Source of the DNA: an uncultured delta proteobacterium
GTDB lineage: Bacteria; Myxococcota; Myxococcia; Myxococcales; 40CM-4-68-19
Assembly: GCA_903911145.1 (NCBI GenBank)
Contig: CAIWCD010000014.1
Location: forward strand, 186,001 to 250,000
Reading direction: 5' to 3'
Length of the DNA: 64,000 bases
Position numbers and translations under genes: made by a program. The notes below the pieces were generated by a model, which was given only the letters and a program-made list of their open reading frames with translations, was not told the origin of the DNA and ran no database searches. This document shows positions 56,646-64,000 of the stretch, piece by piece. Every line of letters begins with the position of its first letter. The first letter of the stretch is position 1.

Positions 56646-58168
56646 GCGGCGTACGGCGAGTGGGTGTCGGGATGCGCGCGGCCGCGCTGGTGGCCATCGC
56701 GATAACGCTTGGTGCTCCGGGCGGGTATGCCGACGAAAATCCGTCCCGCTTCTCGCTGGGTGGATATTTTCGCATCCAGGCGCGGCCCGACTTTCAGGGC
56801 GGAAATGGCGGCCTTGGCCTCTGGAATCTCTATGGGCGCCTCTTGAATGAAGGGCCCTACGCGATGCTGCAGTCGCAGCTTCAGCTGATCCAGGCCGACC
56901 CGAACGGCTCCGACCCCTATGCCAATGTGAATCTCCGCGTGGAAGGCGGATTTCTCGAGTATGCGCAAGGCGGGCAGAACAATCTTTCCAACTTCCGCAT
57001 CTCGCAGTTCTATGTGAATGTCGGCAACGTCGCGCTCGCCCACGTCACCTGGCAGGTCGGGTCGCTCTATTACTATCCGGGCGATCTCGGTCTCTATGAT
57101 TTCCGTCCCGCGCAGATTCTCGAGAACGCAGTTGGTCTCTCGGCGACGTGGCATGCGGACAAGCTCGACGTGCTGCTCGCTGTGGGTGACTCAGGATATG
57201 GGCTGCACGGCTCGGACTACGACACCGTCTATACGGTCGGGGGCTTCGCGCGCTGGAAGCCTGTGCGCGGTCTCGAACTGGGAATCGGCGGTCATCTTCT
57301 CTACGAGCCCGGCAATACCGGTAACCCCAACGCGCCCTACGCGACGCCGGGCGTTCAATACGTCGATTACTTCCGGCAGGATGTCGTCCAGCAATATGCG
57401 CTCACGCACGCGCAGGACCCGGGCTCGCTCGAACTCTTCCCCAAACCGTCGCAGCGCAGCTCCGTCTCCTGGCGCGCCGTTGCATATCTTGGCTTCGGAG
57501 ACATCGGGCCGCTGCGCTGGAGCAGCCTCTATGGACATATCGAGCGGTTGATGCCGCAGACGTATGTGACCGAGTCGTATCAGGGCCAGAACTATAATAT
57601 CTATCTCCACGACTTGACTGACCAGCGGTACGACGTCCAGGTCGGCAATGAAATGCAGCTCACGCTGGTGCCGAGGCGGCTCGATGCCGTCTGGGGCGTC
57701 GTCTATGGAATGAGCATCAACAACGCCAATACGATCGCTGCCGGCGAGGATAATCGCTGGTATGCCTCGACCGTGCTGCGGCTGCAGGCCTATCTGACCG
57801 ATTCGGTGCATATCCTTGCCGAGTCGAGCCTTGCGCACGAAAAGTCGATGAACGGCAACCTCTGGCGCGAGCATTACGACTCGATCTTCCAGAGCACCAG
57901 TGGCGTCGCGGATGCCCAGGGCCTCGAATATGGCGATACCAACCAGCGCAACACCTGGCAGGGCAAGGCCGGCATTGTCTTCAATCCCGCCGGCCGCGGA
58001 GTCTATCTGCGTCCGTCGCTGCGGCTTCTCTATGGCTTGCAGTATTCCAACGCGCAGGCCGCATTCGGAAACAACTTTCAGACGACGCTGAATCAATACA
58101 ACCAGTTTTCAAACGAAGAGCGGCATTGGCACCAGCTCGTCGCCGTTGAAGCCGAGGGGTGGTTCTAA
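56642..58168 (+). CDS. Outer-membrane carbohydrate porin, LamB/maltoporin-like
   Basis: Signal peptide; GGYFR, GRLLNE, RPSLRL and terminal EAEGWF parallel LamB motifs; lies in a maltodextrin operon. Confidence 0.7.
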   Translation: MSGVRRVGVGMRAAALVAIAITLGAPGGYADENPSRFSLGGYFRIQARPDFQGGNGGLGLWNLYGRLLNEGPYAMLQSQLQLIQADPNGSDPYANVNLRVEGGFLEYAQGGQNNLSNFRISQFYVNVGNVALAHVTWQVGSLYYYPGDLGLYDFRPAQILENAVGLSATWHADKLDVLLAVGDSGYGLHGSDYDTVYTVGGFARWKPVRGLELGIGGHLLYEPGNTGNPNAPYATPGVQYVDYFRQDVVQQYALTHAQDPGSLELFPKPSQRSSVSWRAVAYLGFGDIGPLRWSSLYGHIERLMPQTYVTESYQGQNYNIYLHDLTDQRYDVQVGNEMQLTLVPRRLDAVWGVVYGMSINNANTIAAGEDNRWYASTVLRLQAYLTDSVHILAESSLAHEKSMNGNLWREHYDSIFQSTSGVADAQGLEYGDTNQRNTWQGKAGIVFNPAGRGVYLRPSLRLLYGLQYSNAQAAFGNNFQTTLNQYNQFSNEERHWHQLVAVEAEGWF

Positions 58169-60447
58169 TGAAACGCATACCAGCGCTGTTTGCGCTCCTC
58201 CTGGCTGGTTGTCTCCATCGGGTTCCGCCGCAGCATCTCGCGCAGCCGGTGCCGATCGCGGTGGCGATGCTCGAGGACCGCGGCGGCGAAACGCGCGCCT
58301 TGCCGGACGACGTCCGCGCCCGCGTTGCGCAGGAACTGGACGAGAGAAATCTCATTGTGCGGGAGATTGCGCCGGAGCCGCTCCTGGGAGGCGCGAGAAA
58401 CTCGCAGCAGCGATTCGCGGCATTGCAGGCCGCGTCCGGCGATGCGGCGTTTGCGCTGCTGGTTGAGACGCGGGTCGCCTATTACGATCTCTTGGAAGGT
58501 CAATACCGCTGGGTGATCTACGCGAAAATCACCGCAGGTCGCCGTGGCGCGCAACTCCAGCCCGCGATCGATGATTCCGATATCCCCGTGTTTCTCCTCT
58601 TCGACCACGAGCGGGAAGATGAGGCGCTCAAGCAGGCTTCGCGGATTCTCGCGGAGAAGGCGGCGGCGCTGCTGGATGGTTTTATTGCTCCGGCGGCCAG
58701 CCCGCACAGTGATGCAGCGGCGCTGCCGGCGAGCCGGGCGGGGCAGGCCTCGCCCGACGGCGTGCGCGGGCTCGGGAATATCTATTTCGTCCTCGTCGAT
58801 CGCTTTGCGGCGGGTCAGACGACGCCGACGGGTGCGATCGATCGCGCAGACCCGGAGGCGTTTCACGGAGGCGATCTGCAGGGAGTTGTCGCCCGTCTCG
58901 ACGAACTGCAATCGCTCGGCGTGAAGACGGTCTGGCTCTCGCCCGTCTTTGCCTCGCGGCAGGAGAAGTTCGTTTCTCACGGCGCTTATCACGGCTATTG
59001 GGTCGAGGATATCAATCGGATCGAGCCGCGGTTCGGGGACGTCGCGACGCTGCAGAAGCTTTCGAGCGAGCTGCATCGGCGGGGAATGAAGCTCATGCTG
59101 GATCTGGTGCTCAATCACGTCGCGTTTGATTCGCCGCTGCTTGCTGCGCATCCCGACTGGTTTCATCACCAGGGTTCGATCCAGGATTGGAACAGCCGTG
59201 AGCAGCTTGAGCAGCGCGACGTCGATGGGCTTCCCGATCTCGCGCAGGAGAATGAGGAGGTCTATCGATATCTCGCGGACGCTTCGATTCATTGGATCGA
59301 CAGCGTGCACCCGGATGGATTTCGTCTCGACGCGGTCAAGCATGTGCCAACCACGTTCTGGCGGCGCTTTAATGCGGAGATGCGCGCGCACGCGGGGCCG
59401 CAGTTTCTTCTCCTCGGGGAGGCGCTCGAAGGAGATCCTGTAAAGCTCGCGCAGGTCGGCCGTGAGGGTGGATTCGATTCCCTGTTTGATTTCCCGCTCT
59501 CGTATGCGCTCGGCGATCTCTTCTGCAAGGGCGCGGCGCCGGAGCGGCTCGCGGCGATTATTTCTCTCGATCGTCTCTATCCCGACGCCGCTGCGCTGGT
59601 GGGGGTCGTGGATAACCACGACCTGCCGCGGATCACTTCGCTCTGCGGAAACGATGAAGGCAAGGTCGCGCAGGCGCTGGCCGCGCTCGCGTTTCTCCGC
59701 GCGGTACCTGCGATTCAATATGGGACCGAGGCCGCATTGTCGGGGATGACGGAGCCGGGCAATCGCGGGGATCTTTTTGAACGCACCGATGCGCATGCCC
59801 GCGCTGGCGTGCAGGCTGCACTGGCGGCGGGCGAGCAGATGGCCGCGCTGACGCATCAGCGCGCGATTCCGTTGGCGGCTGGCAGCGGCGCAATCGCGCT
59901 CGCCCGCGTCGAAGGGGATCGCGCGGCGTTGCTGCTGTATGCCCGCGCTGGCGCACACGTGCCGTCGCTTGCCGAGTTGATTCCCGCGCAGGCGGGAGCG
60001 CGCATTGAGCGCTGTTCTTCGTGGACGCTTCCTTCTTCGGCGGGCTTACCGTGCGCAGGAGAGAGCGCACCGGAAGAAGTGCGCATCTATTGGCTGCGCT
60101 CCGCACGCAGCGACGGCTTCGCAGACCTCCTGCACGAGGCTCCGCTGCGACAGCTCCGCTTCGCGCTCGACTCAAATCCTGCAGGTGAATCGACGGGAGC
60201 TTATTACCTCGCTGGGGCCGGTCCCGAATTGGGCGATTGGGATCCAACGCAGGCGATCGGTCCGCTCCCACGCGGAGCGGCCGCGGCACCGGTGACCATT
60301 CAACTTCCATCCCGCTCGGTCGCTGAATACAAGCTGATCCTCAAGCGGCCTGACGGCAGCGTTCAATGGGAGAGCGGCCCCGATCGGTTCCTCTTCGTCT
60401 CCTCGGCAAACGGCCCGCTCGAGGTCCGCGTCGCATGGCGCACCTGA
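58168..60447 (+). CDS. Lipoprotein fusion: unknown N-terminal domain + GH13 alpha-amylase + CBM20
   Basis: Lipobox LLAGC; FHGGDLQG, YHGYW, DLVLNH, GFRLDAVKH, GEA, DNHD; C-terminal GPELGDWD...EYK...WESGPDR. Confidence 0.88.
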   Translation: MKRIPALFALLLAGCLHRVPPQHLAQPVPIAVAMLEDRGGETRALPDDVRARVAQELDERNLIVREIAPEPLLGGARNSQQRFAALQAASGDAAFALLVETRVAYYDLLEGQYRWVIYAKITAGRRGAQLQPAIDDSDIPVFLLFDHEREDEALKQASRILAEKAAALLDGFIAPAASPHSDAAALPASRAGQASPDGVRGLGNIYFVLVDRFAAGQTTPTGAIDRADPEAFHGGDLQGVVARLDELQSLGVKTVWLSPVFASRQEKFVSHGAYHGYWVEDINRIEPRFGDVATLQKLSSELHRRGMKLMLDLVLNHVAFDSPLLAAHPDWFHHQGSIQDWNSREQLEQRDVDGLPDLAQENEEVYRYLADASIHWIDSVHPDGFRLDAVKHVPTTFWRRFNAEMRAHAGPQFLLLGEALEGDPVKLAQVGREGGFDSLFDFPLSYALGDLFCKGAAPERLAAIISLDRLYPDAAALVGVVDNHDLPRITSLCGNDEGKVAQALAALAFLRAVPAIQYGTEAALSGMTEPGNRGDLFERTDAHARAGVQAALAAGEQMAALTHQRAIPLAAGSGAIALARVEGDRAALLLYARAGAHVPSLAELIPAQAGARIERCSSWTLPSSAGLPCAGESAPEEVRIYWLRSARSDGFADLLHEAPLRQLRFALDSNPAGESTGAYYLAGAGPELGDWDPTQAIGPLPRGAAAAPVTIQLPSRSVAEYKLILKRPDGSVQWESGPDRFLFVSSANGPLEVRVAWRT

Positions 60448-60466
60448 TCATCGTCCGGAGGAATGC

Positions 60467-61531
60467 GTGACCGACGTTGCCCTGCGCGGAGTGCACAAGT
60501 CCTTCGGTGAGAATCCAATCGTCCGCGGGATCGATCTCGACGTGCGCGCCGGGGAGTTCACCGTGCTCGTCGGTCCCAGCGGCTGCGGCAAGACCACGCT
60601 GCTGCGCTTGATTGCCGGGCTCGAGCAGCCCGATGCGGGTGATATCCTGATTGGCGGTAAGCGAGTCAACGACGCGCCGCCAAGGGAGCGTGGCGTCGGG
60701 ATGGTCTTTCAGAGCTATGCGCTCTATCCGCATATGACGGTGCGCGAGAATCTCGCGTTCGCATTGAATCTGCGCGGGACTTCGCGTGTGGAGATCGAGC
60801 AACGCGTGCGCGAGGTCGCGGAGATGCTCGAGTTGATGCCGCTGCTCGATCGCAAGCCCAAACAGCTCTCGGGCGGGCAGCGCCAGCGCGTGGCGATCGG
60901 GCGGGCGATTGTTCGTCGGCCGGACGTATTTCTCCTCGATGAGCCGCTCTCGAATCTCGATGCGGCCCTGCGCGTGCAGATGCGCGGAGAGCTCGCCCGG
61001 CTGCACCAGCGATTGAAGTCGACGATTGTCTACGTCACGCACGATCAGGTCGAGGCGATGACGCTGGCGACGCGATTGGCCGTGTTTGATCAAGGCAAAC
61101 TTCAGCAGCACGGTGCGCCGCTCGAGCTCTATCGCCGCCCCGCCAATCGGTTCGTCGCGGCCTTTCTCGGCTCGCCGGCGATGAACTTCCTGCGCGGTCG
61201 TTATTCCAATGGCCATCTTGCCGGCGATGGCTTCAACGTGCCGATCGGCGCTCTGTCGGCGACATTCGACGGCCGTGATCTACTGGTCGGAATTCGTCCG
61301 CAGGCGATGACGCTGGCTGGCCCGGACGCTGCCGTGTTGCGCGGCGAAATCGAAGCGATTGAGCGTCTTGGAAATGAAGGCTTTGCTTATCTCAAGACGC
61401 CCGCGGGTCCTCTCGTCGCCCGGTTTGATGGCGGCGGCGCGGAGTTGGCGGTCGGCGCGAATGCAGGCGTGCAGCTGGCGCCAGAGTCGCTGCACCTCTT
61501 TGATGCGGTGAGCGAAGAGGCGCTCGCCTGA
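60467..61531 (+). CDS. malK: Sugar ABC transporter ATPase (MalK-type)
   Basis: GPSGCGKTT, VFQSYALYPHM, LSGGQRQRVA, LDEPLSNLD, YVTHDQ. Confidence 0.9.
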   Translation: MTDVALRGVHKSFGENPIVRGIDLDVRAGEFTVLVGPSGCGKTTLLRLIAGLEQPDAGDILIGGKRVNDAPPRERGVGMVFQSYALYPHMTVRENLAFALNLRGTSRVEIEQRVREVAEMLELMPLLDRKPKQLSGGQRQRVAIGRAIVRRPDVFLLDEPLSNLDAALRVQMRGELARLHQRLKSTIVYVTHDQVEAMTLATRLAVFDQGKLQQHGAPLELYRRPANRFVAAFLGSPAMNFLRGRYSNGHLAGDGFNVPIGALSATFDGRDLLVGIRPQAMTLAGPDAAVLRGEIEAIERLGNEGFAYLKTPAGPLVARFDGGGAELAVGANAGVQLAPESLHLFDAVSEEALA

Positions 61532-63753
61532 TGCGCGCGGCTGCACTGCTTGCGCTGCTCGCGAGCCTTGTCGCGGGGAGCAGCGCGCCGGTCGCGGCCG
61601 AACCGTTGGCCGACACGCGCGCGCGGGTGCTGGTGTGGCACGCATACCGGGCCGCCGAAGAGCAGGCCTTATTGGAGTTAATCGCCAGGTTTAATGCATC
61701 GCAGTCGACTTATCGCGCGGAGGCGCTCGCGCTTCCCTATGACGCCTATGCGAGCAAGCTGACGGCAGCCATTCCAACCGGCCATGGACCGGATCTGTTC
61801 GTCTTCTCGCAAGAGAGAATGGCGGTCTGGGCGCGCGACGAGCTGCTCGCTCCACTGGACGAAGATGCGATCGAAAGCGGCAGGGAGTTTCCGCAGGCGG
61901 CGCTTGCGGCGCTGCGCAGCGGCGGGCATCTCTACGGTCTGCCGCTCTCGATGAAGTGCGATGCGCTCTATTACAACCGGGCATTGATTCAGACTCCGCC
62001 GACGACGTCGGATGAACTCGAAGCGCTGGCCATTCGCAATACCGATCGCGCTGCGGGCCGATATGGGCTCGCCTATGAGGCCAACGATTTCTTTCATCAC
62101 GCCGCCTGGCTGCACGGATATGGCGGGCAGATCTTCGCGGAGCCCACGCATCGTCCGCAGCTTGACTCCTCGCAGGCGATCGCGGCGCTCGCGTTTGTCC
62201 GCCACCTCGCGCTCGAGGACCGCGCGTTGCCGGAGGAGCCGAGCGGGACACTGGTGGCGCAGTTGTTTAATGCGGGTAAGGCCGCGATGGTGATTAACGG
62301 GCCCTGGTTTGCTGGCGAAGTGCAGGGCGTTTCCTATGGCATTGCGCCGCTGCCGATTGTATCGGCGACCGGGCTTCCAGCGGCGCCATTGCTCACCGTG
62401 GAAGCCGCGTTGGTATCAAGTCGCTCGCCAGTTCAGGCCGGCGCGAAGGCCCTCGCGCGCTTTCTCGTTTCAACCGAGGGTGCCGCGCTGCGCGCGCGGG
62501 TGGGTCGGCAGGTCGTCGCGACCCGCTCGGCTTATACCTTCCCGGATATTGGAAATGATCCGCTCCTGACCGCCTTCCGCGCCGCTTCCGAGAAGGCGGT
62601 GCCGATGGACAACAGCCCTGCAATGCTCTCGGTCTGGGAACCGGAGAAGCGTGCTCTCGTCTCGGTGCTCAGTGGAGCGAATAGCCCGACCGCGGCGTTG
62701 GCGCAGGCGCAGCGGCGCATGCTTGCGATGACGCGAATATCGCCGCCTGTGCAGTCCCCGTGGCCCTATGCGGCGATTGCCGCGATGATTTCGATTGCCT
62801 GGCTTGCGTGGCGCCGACGACTGTCGTTGAAGCGCGTGACCGCGCGCGTGTCGACCCGGCGCGGAGAGTTGATGCGCGCGATCCTCTATTGCGCGCCCGC
62901 TGCCTCCTCGATTCTCGTCCTCGTGCTGGTCCCGTTCGCCATCGGCATCGGGCTTTCGTTCTTCCATCGCGCAGACGGGCATTACACGTTTGTCGGCCTC
63001 GCCAACTTCATCGATATCCTCGCATCGCGCGACTATCGCGTCAGCGAGCCGATGAGCTTCTGGTTCACGCTCGCGGTGACACTGCTCTGGACCGTCGTGA
63101 ATGTCGCGTTCCACGTCTCCATCGGGCTCGGGCTTGCGCTCCTCTTGAAGAATCCGCTGCTGCGCTTCAAAGGGGTCTATCGCGTCCTCCTGGTTATTCC
63201 CTGGGCCATCCCGAACTACATCACTGCGCTGGTGTGGAAGGGAATGTTCCATCGCCAGTTCGGCGCGATCAGCGCGCTCTTGTCGGCGCTCCATATCCAG
63301 CCGGTATCCTGGTTCACCGGGTTCTCGACCGCCTTCGCGGCCAATGTCATGACCAATACCTGGCTTGGGTTTCCCTTCATGATGGTGGTCGCGCTGGGCG
63401 CGCTGCAGAGCATTCCGCAGGATCTCTATGAGGCCGCTGATGTCGACGGCGCCTCGGCCTGGGCGCAGTTCCGCCACATCACGCTGCCGCTGCTCAAGCC
63501 TGCGCTGCTCCCCGCGATCATCCTCGGCGCGGTGTGGACGTTTAATATGTTCAACATTGTCTATCTCGTCTCGGGCGGCGAGCCCGGTGGTTCAACCGAT
63601 ATCCTCGTCTCCGAGGCTTATCGTTGGGCATTCCAACGCAATGAGCAGTTCGGATTTGCCGCGGCCTATTCCACTCTCATCTTCCTCTTCCTGCTCGGTT
63701 GGTCGGCGATCAGCCGGCGAATCGCCCGCGAGCAACCGTTGGAGAACGCATGA
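61531..63753 (+). CDS. Fused maltodextrin-binding protein and permease (MalE-MalF)
   Basis: Signal peptide; binding domain (GPDLF, LYYNR, MVINGPW); then TM domain with WLGFPFMM and the EAA loop LYEAADVDGA. Confidence 0.9.
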   Translation: MRAAALLALLASLVAGSSAPVAAEPLADTRARVLVWHAYRAAEEQALLELIARFNASQSTYRAEALALPYDAYASKLTAAIPTGHGPDLFVFSQERMAVWARDELLAPLDEDAIESGREFPQAALAALRSGGHLYGLPLSMKCDALYYNRALIQTPPTTSDELEALAIRNTDRAAGRYGLAYEANDFFHHAAWLHGYGGQIFAEPTHRPQLDSSQAIAALAFVRHLALEDRALPEEPSGTLVAQLFNAGKAAMVINGPWFAGEVQGVSYGIAPLPIVSATGLPAAPLLTVEAALVSSRSPVQAGAKALARFLVSTEGAALRARVGRQVVATRSAYTFPDIGNDPLLTAFRAASEKAVPMDNSPAMLSVWEPEKRALVSVLSGANSPTAALAQAQRRMLAMTRISPPVQSPWPYAAIAAMISIAWLAWRRRLSLKRVTARVSTRRGELMRAILYCAPAASSILVLVLVPFAIGIGLSFFHRADGHYTFVGLANFIDILASRDYRVSEPMSFWFTLAVTLLWTVVNVAFHVSIGLGLALLLKNPLLRFKGVYRVLLVIPWAIPNYITALVWKGMFHRQFGAISALLSALHIQPVSWFTGFSTAFAANVMTNTWLGFPFMMVVALGALQSIPQDLYEAADVDGASAWAQFRHITLPLLKPALLPAIILGAVWTFNMFNIVYLVSGGEPGGSTDILVSEAYRWAFQRNEQFGFAAAYSTLIFLFLLGWSAISRRIAREQPLENA

Positions 63754-64000
63754 GCCGCGTGAAGCAGCGTCCCGGCGCGCTGGCTGTCCACCTGTTATTG
63801 ATTCCCGTCTGCGCGCTGACGCTCTATCCGGTGCTCTGGGTGATTGGCCTGGCATTAACGCCACACTCGGCCCATCTCTCCGCCGGGCTCTGGCCGCTGC
63901 CTGCACACGCAAGCCTGATCCATGTGCGCGAGCTGCTCTCCTCCCGCAATTCCAGCGGCGAGCTGATCTTCATCCGCCAGTTGATCAACAGCCTGGTCGT
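63750..64000 (+). CDS. malG: Sugar ABC permease MalG (partial, runs off the window)
   Basis: ATGA overlap with the previous gene; HLLLIPVCALTLYPVLWVI...QLINSLV. Confidence 0.75.
   Translation, partial: MSRVKQRPGALAVHLLLIPVCALTLYPVLWVIGLALTPHSAHLSAGLWPLPAHASLIHVRELLSSRNSSGELIFIRQLINSLV

Noticed and set aside
1..64000. Mobile elements, tRNA/rRNA genes, defence systems
   Set aside because: No transposase, integrase, structural RNA or defence gene signatures recognised.

Overview
GC-rich bacterial window with two parts. (1) Bases 1-40.6 kb hold an apparently intact, nearly complete flagellar gene cluster, almost all on the minus strand. In transcription order: sigma54 activator (FleQ-like), TPR-like protein, flgBC-fliEFGHI, orf, fliK-flgDE-flbD-motAB-fliLMNOPQR-flhBAFG-fliA, [fliJ inverted], flgFGAHIJMNKL, orf, fliC-fliD-fliS. 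(2) Bases 41-64 kb hold a sensor kinase, a diguanylate cyclase, a SpoIID/LytB protein, a GNAT, mutL, a TPR lipoprotein, a GH57 branching enzyme with DUF4912, a TPR protein with a long Ala/Lys/Glu helix, and an alpha-glucan capture operon (lipoprotein isoamylase, LamB-like porin, lipoprotein-amylase-CBM20 fusion, MalK, MalE-MalF fusion, MalG). Gene content suggests a Myxococcota/Anaeromyxobacter-like host (inference). Strongest new observations: a full-length but apparently catalytically dead class I adenylate cyclase homologue between flgL and fliC; five identically spaced sigma28-type promoters, three with a non-canonical CTTATC -35; recurring GTCA-N6-TG(A/G)C boxes upstream of sigma54 promoters and of the activator gene; an activator with no N-terminal sensory domain; and a FliK ruler expanded by seven 120-bp repeats. 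All family calls come from motif recognition by eye; no database searches were run.
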